Assembly: GCA_043228905.1 (NCBI GenBank)
Contig: JBHGNT010000016.1
Location: 5,332,001-5,396,000 of the forward strand
Direction: 5' to 3'
From: Azolla caroliniana
Taxonomy: Eukaryota; Plantae; Polypodiophyta
Length of the DNA stretch: 64,000 bases
Below the pieces are notes generated by a model. That model made no database searches, had not been told where the DNA came from, and saw nothing but the letters and a program-made list of their open reading frames with translations. The translations under genes and the position numbers were made by a program. This document shows positions 13,001 through 22,127 of this stretch, piece after piece (position 1 is the stretch's first letter; each line of letters starts with the position of its first letter).

Positions 13001-14104
13001 GCGAAAGGATACGCTCAGACGCATGGCGTCGACTACGAAGAGACCTTTGCCCCAGTGGCAAAGATGACGACGGTGCGGACCATAATTGCGATTGCCGCGG
13101 CGAAAGGGTGGCACCTCCATCAAATGGACGTCAAGAACGCCTTCCTACAAGGCGAATTAGAAGAGGATGTGTACATGATCCAACCACCCGGCTTCAACTC
13201 GAGCACCCATCCGAAAGTTGTTTGCTGACTCAAGAAGCCACTCTATGGCCTCAAGCAAGCACCACGTGCTTGGCATTCGAAGATAACGCAATATCTTCAT
13301 CAAATTGGCTTTCGTATGTCAAAATCGAACAACTCCCTCTGCATATGAAGCATCTCGTCATTGGAGGTGAGCATCTCGTCGAAATTAATAAAGTCAAATC
13401 CCTCCTTTCCGACAAGTTCGAGATGACGGACATGAAGGAGCTCCACTACTTCCTCGGCATCGAGGTAATTCGGACTCCGGCCGGAATCATGATCTCTCAA
13501 CGGCACTACATCCTCAACTTGTTATACAAGTTCGGGATGGTTGACTGCAAATCCGCGGCAACCCCGCTCGATCACAATCTCAAACTAGATGCGAACTCCG
13601 GCACCAAACCGTGTGAGCTGACTCAGTATCGGCAACTCATCGGGAGTCTCATCTACCTCACGATCACACGACCCGATCTCAGTTATCCGGTCGGTCTCCT
13701 TAGCCAATTCATCCAAACACCGCGTGATACTCACTTGGATTGTGCTAAGCGAGTTCTACGATACATGAGCGACACAATGGATTGCGGCATCCTCTACAAG
13801 ACCGCGATGCCAATACGCCTCGAGGGGTACACAGACGCCGATTGGGCCGGCTACAAAGCCGATAGAAGATCAACCTCCGTATTTGTTTTTTCCCTTGGCA
13901 GCGGAGCAATATCCTGGAGTAGCAAAAAGCAACCAACCGTCGCTCTTTCGAGCACAAAGGTGGAATACAGGGGCGCGATAGTGGCCACATGTGAAGCCGT
14001 ATGGATACTCAAGGATCTGGGCGTACCCATCAAGGATTCGACTTCCCTTTACTGCGACAACATGAGCAGTATCTATTTGGCTCGGAACCTGGTATTCCAC
14101 GCGC

Positions 14105-14801
14105 TGTCGGGGTTGCTACGCCCTCGCGTGCAGAAAGAAGGAGGGACCACGGGGGTCTTGGACCGAAGAGCAAGAGAGAGAGAGGAGAAGGAGAGAGAGA
14201 CCCGATTACACAGAACCGAAGATTGCACAGGGACACGGCCCAACAAACAGAGATCACAAATAAACGCCGACGCAGATGGACGCAACAACGAAAGATATGT
14301 ACTTATGAATGCGAGAAAATAACAGACTAAAGTATTACAACCCACGGTGGGGCACGAAATAGATACTAACGAAAACGAACAGGGCGGCGAACAGATGCCG
14401 ACCCCTGTATGTCGCGACGCACAGAAAGGGAAAACAGGTCGGAGGTGCTACAGGACGCACTCGGGGCGTTCCACGGAACAGCGCAAGCCTCCTCGAAACC
14501 TGCACAGGTACGCGATGGAGCAGGAGACAGAGAAAGCTGGAGTGAGAGAGAAGCTTCGAAATCGGTTCGGCAGCACTTCCCTCTCCGCGCGAGATCCCCC
14601 TTCTTCTATTCTTCCTCTTCCTTTTTATATCCCGTCAAGAGGCCGTTTGGCATTAACTGCATACCAACCGAATCTACCCACCTAGGATCCTCGTATGTAC
14701 CTACTTCGTCCTTAGGTACTTCTTGGCGCGCGTGTGCGTGTAGAGCCGTTTCCCACGCCTTGTTCCTCCGATTCCCCTTGCGGGCGGTTTTCTTCACGAC
14801 A
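14105..14801 (-). repeat. Gypsy 3' LTR
   Basis: Direct repeat of 20532-21228; ORF-track translations across the two copies are identical. Confidence 0.97.
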
Positions 14802-14814
14802 TCCGCCCCCACCT
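14802..14814 (-). promoter_or_regulatory. Gypsy polypurine tract
   Basis: AGGTGGGGGCGGA on the minus strand, abutting the 3' LTR. Confidence 0.85.
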
Positions 14815-14873
14815 AACCGCGCATCCACCGGCATGCGCCAAATTAAGTTGGCACGGAGAAAACCGGCCCGCCT

Positions 14874-17800
14874 TTACTCTTCGCCTGCCGGCCCTTCCTC
14901 GGCCTCGGATCGGTCGTCGCTGCTGTCCAGGAGAATCGGGTCGGGTTCGTCGTCGTGCCGCTTCTTGAAAGCTTTGATCCTCTTCCCGGCCACGGGTATC
15001 GCTATTCTCGTACCGTCGAGTTCCGCCAGATGATACGTCCCGTTGTCGTTGGCGCTCTGTACCGTGTACGGCCCGAACCATCTCCGTGCGAACTTCCGCG
15101 TTGCTCGGTGCTGGTTGTCGAGGCTGCTGTCGTAGACGAGCACCCAGTCACCTTGTTCGATCTTCTTCGGTCGGAGTCGGTGCGTTCGGTCGAACCTGGC
15201 CTTGTTCTTTATCCTCGCCACTCGGATCCTTTCTGCAGCCGTCTCCACGTCCTCCGGTCTCCGTTCGAGTTGTCGTATACGTGCTGCCAACAAGTCCTCC
15301 CGGCTCATCTCGTCCCTCCAGTCGACCGTTGCCCATGAGGAGATTGTTCGTTCCATCGGCATGATCGGCTTCTGGCCGAACATGAGCTCTGTCGGCATGT
15401 ACCCGGTTACCGAACTGTGCGTAGTCCGGTCGGCCCACAAAGCATAAGGTAGAAGTCGCGGCCAGTTACCGATTTGGCCCCCGCACGCCCGAACCAGCGC
15501 TTTAACGATCGGCCCGTGTCCGCGCTCCACCTTCCCATTCGCCTCCGGGTTGTACGCAGTGGTGAGCGAGAGTTTGACTCCCAGCCGATCAAACAGCTCC
15601 GTGGCTTCCTCGGTGTCCAACTCCCCTCGGTCAGCCACGATCTTCCCGACGCACCCGTACCGGCATATCACGTCCTCGATCAGGAACCGACACACGGCCG
15701 CGGTCGTCTTATTCTGAAGGGCTCGGCCTTCCACCTGGTTCGTCAGGTCTTCCCGCGCTAGGACCAGATACCGCATCTGTCCTACCCCCATCGGCATCGT
15801 CACTAGATCTACCATCCATTTGAAGTGGATGGTCGGAGGGTACGTGGGTTGAAGCTCGTCCCGATGTCGGACTATGGAGTGCATCTGACAGCTCTCGCAA
15901 GTTGTCACGAACCGATGCACGTCCCGGTACTGCCCCGGCCACCAGTACTTCCCCTTCAGCTTCTCAAATGTCGCCCACGTTCCACGGTGTCCAGCCCAAG
16001 GGCTGTCGTGGTAGGCCGCCAGTAGCTCCTCCTGTTCTTCCTTCATCGCCACCACCCGGAGCGGGACGCCGTTCCTCTTCTTCGGGTGCTTCCACAAATG
16101 CCCATCTCGGAGAAAGAATCGATATGCTTTCTTCCGGATCCGGTTGGCCTCGCCTTTCGTCCATGACGCATCGGGCGTCATTGTCTTCAAAAACCCGCCG
16201 ATCTGCAGCCACTCCCCGTCGTACTTGCTCGCGTCGAACTCGTTAAGCGCCGGAGTGCTCATCCCGTCGGTCGTCATGTATGCCGCCTCGAAGAAATCCA
16301 CGCCGACTTCTTCGTCTTCCGAAACCATGCCGCCCTCGTCGTCGAACCTCGCTCTTGAAAGCATGTCGGCCATGGCGTTGTCTTTCCCGGAAATGTGTCG
16401 TATTTCCGGGTCCAGGGACTTGATGTACGCTATCCACCTGAGCATCGCCAGGTCCGGAGTCGCGCATCCGGAAACCATACCGAGAATCGGCAGGCAATCC
16501 GTCTCGATGATCACTTCTGTCCCTATCAGGTAGTCTTTGTCGGCCTTAACCGCCGAAACAATACCCCAGAGTTCGCGTTTAACCTGGGCGTATCCTCGCT
16601 GCCGTTCACTGAGGACTTTCGCGCCGAATCGGATCGGAAACCGATTGCCGTCCTCGTCTTCCTGGTTCACGACCCATCCGATCCCGGTCGGACTGGTATC
16701 CACCGTTATGAATACCGGGGTACCCTTCCCGTATACCGCCTTCCGAAGTGCCGGTGCCGCTGCAAGAGCCTCTTTCAGCTTCCGGACCGATTCCGCGTGC
16801 TCGTCTAGCCATTCGAACCTTCGCCCCTTTTTCAGCAACCCGTACAGTGGCTCCGCGACGTGTGCGTAATGTGGGATCCATATGTGGTAGAACGCGCATG
16901 CCCCCAGGAATCTCCGTACTTCCGTGACCGAGCTGCAGTCGGGCTTCATCGCGGAGATGGCTTCTACCTTTGCCGGAGACGGTTTCCGGCCATATGGTCC
17001 GCACAGGTGTCCGACCACCATGATTTCTGACTGCCCGAAGGCCGACTTCTCCCCGGAGAAGGTGAGTCTCGCACCCTCTAGCCTTTGCAGCACCTTCTCG
17101 CAGTCGTCGATGTGCGTCGCCACGAATCGCCGGCATCCGTCCGGGCCGATCGTCTCGTCCTTTTCTTCCACCGGGCATCCCTTGATCGGGATGTCGTCCA
17201 GAAACGGCATGGTGATGTCCGGGATACAGTCCCTCAGAACCTTGTTCATCGCATTCACCATGTGGGCCACCGAGTTGGTCCCTCCTTGCGGCAGTGTACA
17301 CATCCGAACTAGGCCGAGGGGAGTTCGCATCGTCGTAATGTCTCTGCTCTCCACGGCTAGCTGGAACTGGTCGTACCCTGAGTATAGATCCCCGACCGAG
17401 TAAATTGACCTTCCGGCGAAGGCCTCCGCGAACTCGTCTATGGTCGGTCCGATCCCTGCGTTCCGAATCGTCACTCGATTGACCGGCTGCAGGTCCTGGA
17501 TGAAGCGCAACGAACCGTTTTTCTTCGGTACGGTAAACCATCGATTCGAATATGGGGCGCTCGACGGCTCGAGAATTCCCATATCAACTTTCTGCCTCAG
17601 CAGCTCCATCAACTTCGGGATGTGAGCCCTCGGAACCGGGATTGGCTTGAGATTCCATGGTACATGCGGTACCGTGAATATCACCATCGGCTCCACGATC
17701 GTCGGGTCAACGCACCCGATTTCCTCCGGCGAGAATGCGAAGGCTTTCCCGTGCCTTCCGAGCATTCTCCGAAACCGGTCTTCCTCCGCCGGCAGTAGGA

Positions 17801-18371
17801 ACCCGCCCCCACCGATTTTGAGCTCTCGGAGCGTCTCGTCGGTGAAGGTGTGTCCTATGCAGGCCGGATCTCGTAGACTAGGGTCCGATGCAACCCCTTT
17901 GATTCTCGACGCGCTGTCCTCCGGTAAGGGTGCCGCGACTGGCCTTACCTTCCGGTCCACAGTCTTGTACTTGGTGCTTACGTGGGCCGTCCGAACTGAC
18001 TCGAGCCCTCGACCGAAGTCCGCGATGACTTCGTACATCTCCTCGGAACACACCGGTATCGTCCGGTCTCCGTTAAGGCCTTCTTCGACTACCTTTCCCA
18101 GCATTCCCAAGGTGTCGTCGAATGAGACCGCCTCCACGGCTCCGTTGATTTCCTCGTCAGGGCCGAGAGCTCCGCACGCTCGAAGTCTCCCCTCCGCCTT
18201 TCTCTTCTCTCGGCCGCCGATGCCGGCTATCGTACACGCTCCGCTGTCGGAGAACAAAAATTCCCTACCTATGGTACAAGGTTTCTTCGGTTTTATCGTA
18301 CAGGTGTGGGGTTTTCCCGGGGTGTCCGGACTGTCGCGGCCCCACGCCTTGGCAGCCCTCTCTAAAAATCC
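14874..18371 (-). CDS. Gypsy Pol (RT-RNase H-integrase), predicted to be reached by -1 frameshift from Gag-PR
   Basis: Frame is open from 18401 to the stop at 14874, with no ATG near its start. RT motifs DLYSGYDQ, LPQG, FLDD; RNase H VDTS...ELWG...ETDC; integrase H...H...CESC, WMVDL, ADRGE, NGKVER; GPY/F-like WFGPY. Confidence 0.93.
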   Translation of the reverse strand, partial: GFLERAAKAWGRDSPDTPGKPHTCTIKPKKPCTIGREFLFSDSGACTIAGIGGREKRKAEGRLRACGALGPDEEINGAVEAVSFDDTLGMLGKVVEEGLNGDRTIPVCSEEMYEVIADFGRGLESVRTAHVSTKYKTVDRKVRPVAAPLPEDSASRIKGVASDPSLRDPACIGHTFTDETLRELKIGGGGFLLPAEEDRFRRMLGRHGKAFAFSPEEIGCVDPTIVEPMVIFTVPHVPWNLKPIPVPRAHIPKLMELLRQKVDMGILEPSSAPYSNRWFTVPKKNGSLRFIQDLQPVNRVTIRNAGIGPTIDEFAEAFAGRSIYSVGDLYSGYDQFQLAVESRDITTMRTPLGLVRMCTLPQGGTNSVAHMVNAMNKVLRDCIPDITMPFLDDIPIKGCPVEEKDETIGPDGCRRFVATHIDDCEKVLQRLEGARLTFSGEKSAFGQSEIMVVGHLCGPYGRKPSPAKVEAISAMKPDCSSVTEVRRFLGACAFYHIWIPHYAHVAEPLYGLLKKGRRFEWLDEHAESVRKLKEALAAAPALRKAVYGKGTPVFITVDTSPTGIGWVVNQEDEDGNRFPIRFGAKVLSERQRGYAQVKRELWGIVSAVKADKDYLIGTEVIIETDCLPILGMVSGCATPDLAMLRWIAYIKSLDPEIRHISGKDNAMADMLSRARFDDEGGMVSEDEEVGVDFFEAAYMTTDGMSTPALNEFDASKYDGEWLQIGGFLKTMTPDASWTKGEANRIRKKAYRFFLRDGHLWKHPKKRNGVPLRVVAMKEEQEELLAAYHDSPWAGHRGTWATFEKLKGKYWWPGQYRDVHRFVTTCESCQMHSIVRHRDELQPTYPPTIHFKWMVDLVTMPMGVGQMRYLVLAREDLTNQVEGRALQNKTTAAVCRFLIEDVICRYGCVGKIVADRGELDTEEATELFDRLGVKLSLTTAYNPEANGKVERGHGPIVKALVRACGGQIGNWPRLLPYALWADRTTHSSVTGYMPTELMFGQKPIMPMERTISSWATVDWRDEMSREDLLAARIRQLERRPEDVETAAERIRVARIKNKARFDRTHRLRPKKIEQGDWVLVYDSSLDNQHRATRKFARRWFGPYTVQSANDNGTYHLAELDGTRIAIPVAGKRIKAFKKRHDDEPDPILLDSSDDRSEAEEGPAGEE
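18302..18371 (-). promoter_or_regulatory. Predicted -1 ribosomal frameshift signal (slippery G_GAU_UUU plus H-type pseudoknot)
   Basis: Heptamer at 18371-18365 directly before the Gag-PR TAG, then a 6-nt spacer. Stem 1 is GGGCUG/CAGUCC and stem 2 is AGGCGUGGGG/CCCCACACCU. Confidence 0.75.
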
Positions 18372-20488
18372 TCTCGGTTTTCGGAACCGAGGGAATCGCG
18401 GTTACGTTCGTGGTTCGGCCTTACCGTCAGAAACTGGACCGAATGGCGCCCGTTTTGGCTTTTGACCCTCGCGTAGGCCGAACCATTGTCCAGCACTTTG
18501 GTCTCCATCCGCGCCGCCGTAATGTACGGTTCTCCCAGAATGACCGGGTGCGAAGACGTCTCCTGCACGAAGAAGTGTTGGTCAATCTCGACGTCGCCAA
18601 TCTTGACCCGCACATTCGGACAGGCCCCGTGCAATTCCTCGGTGGCGCGCGTTGCTGCCCTTATTTTCCACCCGTGCTTGGTGTTGATCGGCCATTTGCC
18701 CTTCTTATAGAAGTCCATGGACATCAAATTGATCTCCGATCCGTGGTCCACCAAAGCTATCACCGGTTCCTGGACATCGCCGATCTTCACCGGGGTTTCC
18801 GTGGTCGCTCGGGCCCAGTGTGGTCTCGAATAGTGGCTTTCCGCCCACTCGTCTCCCAGCGCCATGTCGTCTAGGTGCGTCGTCCGCACTTCCACCGGTC
18901 TTTCCGGTTCTGTCTCCGTCGACAGCCTCTTCCAATTCACCAAGTCCACGATGGAGTCGTGGAACTCCTTCTTGGCGATTCCCAGCACCTCTCGTAACGA
19001 CAGCTCCACCTTGCTGTCGAGGATCCGTTCCTCCAGGACCTTTCGTAAGTCCGTGGTCCTTTCTATCTCCGTCCCCAGACGGTACCCGCCCTTCTGGGGT
19101 TTATCTTGCGTACCGGCCCCGCCGGCTTCGTCCCGTCGTGGCCCGGACCGGGTCTCGTATCGTTGTGAGGGCCCGGTCGTCCCGGGTCTCCCCACCCGCT
19201 TCTCTTCTACCAGAGCCTCGTAGTTCTGGCAAGCAGCTTCCACGAAGCCCGTCCTTTCCTCGACCGGGTCGCTCCACCCGGTCATCTCCCGTACCCGTTT
19301 CTCCGCACGGTCCGATTCCTCCCTCTTCATCCTCGTATCGGCAAGGCCTTCCAGCACCGTCGGCCAGAATCCGGCTTTGCTTTCACTCCGGGCCTCGCCG
19401 CCCCCGACTCGAATGCCGGCCGACGCCGAGTAGTGGACGGTTTCCGCGTGTCGGGCCGCCGCCTCTTCCATCACCCTTTTCATACCGCCTTTTCCGTCGT
19501 TTCGGCTCAGGGCCCTTCGGGTGTCGCTGGCATGCACCCGTCCTTCCCACAGGTACACCACCTTGTTCCTCAGCGCCTCCGCGAAGTCGCCGCAGTCCTT
19601 CCGAATGTGGCCGACTTCATCGCACCACATGCACCTGTTTCCTGCCGCCGGCCGTCGGTCACGAGCCGGTTCGCCTCCTTCCCTTCGGGCCTGCGCGATT
19701 TGGAGGTCCTTTATCGCCTTCGTCAATTCCTCCAGCGCCGCTCCTCCGGTTGAGCCTCTGACTACGCCGGTCGAAGCCGAACCGGTTTCCAACCACTCCC
19801 GGGTCTCTTCTTTGCGCACCTGTGGCGCTGGTTCGAGCTTCCTTGCTGCGACCGAGCCCGACCCGGTCGCCCCGTTATCCGCCCATTCTCGCCGTTTGTC
19901 GAAACGGCCACAGACCTTCCTGACAGCCGCCCAGTCGGTAGTGAGCCCGTCTTCGGTTTCCAGCAAGAAGCCCACTTGCTCCCGATCCCGCTCGTCGACC
20001 GACTTGACAAACAGCAAGACCCGGCTCGTGTCCAGGATGGTTCGGTCAAGCGCCGAAAGGCGCGCAAAGTTTTCCTCGAACTCCCGGAGGAGCGCCGACG
20101 CGTTTCTTCCCTTCCCCGGGGACTCCACCCATTCCATGAACCTTCGCTTCGAAAGCCGGAGCGCGTCGTCAAGCCCGTATTTCTCTAGGAGCCGACCTTC
20201 GAACTCCTCCCAGGTACGGCTCTCCGTCCGCACCTCGAGCACCTCCGCATGGATGCTCGGCATCGCCACTCGGGGAAATCCGGCAAGACGCCTTTCTTCC
20301 GGAATGTCCCGCATCAGCATCTCTGCACCGTAGGACGCCAAATACTTCGTGGCATCCTTCCCATCGAACCGGCCGATCGTGCCGACGACCGCCTCAATAG
20401 CTCTGTCGAGGGCACCGGTGCCCTCGCGCGCGTTTACAATCCGATCCACGGCCGAAGCCATGGCCTCTGCGAGATCCGACCCCCTCAT
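18362..20488 (-). CDS. Gypsy Gag-protease polyprotein
   Basis: First ATG at 20488. Zinc knuckle CMWCDEVGHIRKDC and retropepsin motif ALVDHGSEINLM...VILGEPY. Confidence 0.92.
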   Translation of the reverse strand: MRGSDLAEAMASAVDRIVNAREGTGALDRAIEAVVGTIGRFDGKDATKYLASYGAEMLMRDIPEERRLAGFPRVAMPSIHAEVLEVRTESRTWEEFEGRLLEKYGLDDALRLSKRRFMEWVESPGKGRNASALLREFEENFARLSALDRTILDTSRVLLFVKSVDERDREQVGFLLETEDGLTTDWAAVRKVCGRFDKRREWADNGATGSGSVAARKLEPAPQVRKEETREWLETGSASTGVVRGSTGGAALEELTKAIKDLQIAQARREGGEPARDRRPAAGNRCMWCDEVGHIRKDCGDFAEALRNKVVYLWEGRVHASDTRRALSRNDGKGGMKRVMEEAAARHAETVHYSASAGIRVGGGEARSESKAGFWPTVLEGLADTRMKREESDRAEKRVREMTGWSDPVEERTGFVEAACQNYEALVEEKRVGRPGTTGPSQRYETRSGPRRDEAGGAGTQDKPQKGGYRLGTEIERTTDLRKVLEERILDSKVELSLREVLGIAKKEFHDSIVDLVNWKRLSTETEPERPVEVRTTHLDDMALGDEWAESHYSRPHWARATTETPVKIGDVQEPVIALVDHGSEINLMSMDFYKKGKWPINTKHGWKIRAATRATEELHGACPNVRVKIGDVEIDQHFFVQETSSHPVILGEPYITAARMETKVLDNGSAYARVKSQNGRHSVQFLTVRPNHERNRDSLGSENREDF

Positions 20489-20510
20489 TTCCTGCTCTTC
20501 TGCCGCCTCC

Positions 20511-20528
20511 TTCACGTCGGGTTCACCA
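20511..20528 (-). promoter_or_regulatory. Gypsy primer-binding site complementary to tRNA-Trp
   Basis: TGGTGAACCCGACGTGAA lies 3 nt from the 5' LTR. It is the complement of TTCACGTCGGGTTCACCA, the 3' end of plant cytosolic tRNA-Trp as I recall it. Confidence 0.88.
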
Positions 20529-20531
20529 AGA

Positions 20532-21228
20532 TGTCGGGGTTGCTACGCCCTCGCGTGCAGAAAGAAGGAGGGACCACGGGGGTCTTGGACCGAAGAGCAA
20601 GAGAGAGAGAGGAGAAGGAGAGAGAGACCCGATTACACAGAACCGAAGATTGCACAGGGACACGGCCCAACAAACAGAGATCACAAATAAACGCCGACGC
20701 AGATGGACGCAACAACGAAAGATATGTACTTATGAATGCGAGAAAATAACAGACTAAAGTATTACAACCCACGGTGGGGCACGAAATAGATACTAACGAA
20801 AACGAACAGGGCGGCGAACAGATGCCGACCCCTGTATGTCGCGACGCACAGAAAGGGAAAACAGGTCGGAGGTGCTACAGGACGCACTCGGGGCGTTCCA
20901 CGGAACAGCGCAAGCCTCCTCGAAACCTGCACAGGTACGCGATGGAGCAGGAGACAGAGAAAGCTGGAGTGAGAGAGAAGCTTCGAAATCGGTTCGGCAG
21001 CACTTCCCTCTCCGCGCGAGATCCCCCTTCTTCTATTCTTCCTCTTCCTTTTTATATCCCGTCAAGAGGCCGTTTGGCATTAACTGCATACCAACCGAAT
21101 CTACCCACCTAGGATCCTCGTATGTACCTACTTCGTCCTTAGGTACTTCTTGGCGCGCGTGTGCGTGTAGAGCCGTTTCCCACGCCTTGTTCCTCCGATT
21201 CCCCTTGCGGGCGGTTTTCTTCACGACA
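20532..21228 (-). repeat. Gypsy 5' LTR (TATA-like TATAAAA at about 21056-21050 on -)
   Basis: Direct repeat of 14105-14801, followed on the minus strand by the PBS. Confidence 0.97.
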
Positions 21229-21706
21229 GCGCGGACAAAGCACATCGAAGTCCACTATCACTTCATCCGAGAGCGCGTTTTGGCTGGTGATGTCGACCTA
21301 GAACACATTAGCACCAATCTTCAAACGACCGACATCTTCACTAAAGCCTTAGGAGCCGACAAGCTATGGCAATTCAAGACCGATCTCGGATTGACGATCC
21401 TTGACCTGCCAAGCTTGAGGGGAGTACTAAAGACACTACGCAATAACGCGTAGATTCTGCAACCACGCACTACACAATAATGCGTGGATTCCGCAACCAC
21501 GCAACGAAGCAGCAAAGAGCCGATCTACCGCGTAAAGTCGCGAAGAAAGACGCAAGCCGAAGCACAGACTTCGTAACTACGCACAACGCAAGCTGGAGCA
21601 CGGATTCCACAACTCCGCATAAATGCGAGTCGACACGAGTCGACGCAGACTCCAAAACGCGAGTTGAAGCAGATTTCGGATACCGTCTGAAACCGATCCG
21701 ACTTGA

Positions 21707-21719
21707 GCTTGAGGGGGCG
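21707..21719 (+). promoter_or_regulatory. Copia polypurine tract
   Basis: GCTTGAGGGGGCG directly before the 3' LTR TG. Confidence 0.8.
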
Positions 21720-22025
21720 TGTTGAGAATCAAGCTCAACTTGGTCTAGTGTGTGAACTCACCTTGAGATTGAATAGACACTCCAATAGTCAAGAGTCACC
21801 ATTAAGTCACCTCTTTGTATTCTAGCATTTAGTATGAGTCATAGAATCATATTCTATGACACATAACTTATGAGCTTTCACATTCCCCATGCTCCATGAG
21901 CCTTGTAGTTAATGAAGAGAGAGGGTGACTACATAAAGCACCCTCCTCCCACCTTGTATAGTGTTGAGTCTTTCTCCTTTGATAATATACTTTTACCTTG
22001 CGTATTCTTTGTGTATTATTCCTTG

Positions 22026-22068
<43 letters not shown>

Positions 22069-22127
22069 TACACACACATAACTCATATCTCTTCCGCTTC
22101 ACAAGAATCCATATCCGATTCTTTACA
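21720..22127 (+). repeat. Copia 3' LTR (408 bp)
   Basis: Repeat of 9660-10065, followed by TSD ACAAA. Confidence 0.97.

Larger units (their letters stand above)
14105..21228 (-). mobile_element. Intact Ty3/Gypsy LTR retrotransposon (7124 bp), no chromodomain seen, very recent insertion
   Basis: 697-bp LTRs at 14105-14801 and 20532-21228 with TGTCG...CGACA termini and no difference seen between them. TSD GCGC at 14101-14104 and 21229-21232. Uninterrupted Gag-PR and RT-RH-INT ORFs. Confidence 0.98.
10223..21453 (+). pseudogene. Copia gag-pol polyprotein pseudogene, split by the Gypsy at 14105-21228
   Basis: Begins MGSGLPTEKLDRNN... Fragments lie in ORFs 10378-10638, 10666-11235, 11232-11612, 11760-12002, 12044-13228 and 13108-14104, and resume at 21233. 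The protease catalytic Asp and the RT YVDD motif are lost. Confidence 0.9.
9660..22127 (+). mobile_element. Ty1/Copia LTR retrotransposon, decayed, about 5.3 kb without the nested Gypsy
   Basis: TG...CA LTRs at 9660-10065 and 21720-22127; TSD ACAAA at 9655-9659 and 22128-22132. Domain order gag (zinc knuckle CGYCGQLSHYKKEC), PR (SGASNHMT), INT (VHSDVWG, FIDDFSR, WAEA), RT ([20 protein letters not shown]), RNase H (YTDADWAG, FHARTKHIEVHYHF). Multiple stops, frameshifts and deletions. Confidence 0.97.

Noticed and set aside
13108-14322. 404-aa ORF (and 20836-21453) as novel fusion proteins
   Set aside because: Chance read-through between Copia RT/RNase H and the antisense Gypsy LTR at the insertion junctions.
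14955-20749. Many 100-300-aa plus-strand ORFs antisense to the Gypsy genes
   Set aside because: Expected shadow ORFs in GC-rich coding sequence; no recognisable domains, and no env-like or extra ORF between Pol and the LTR.
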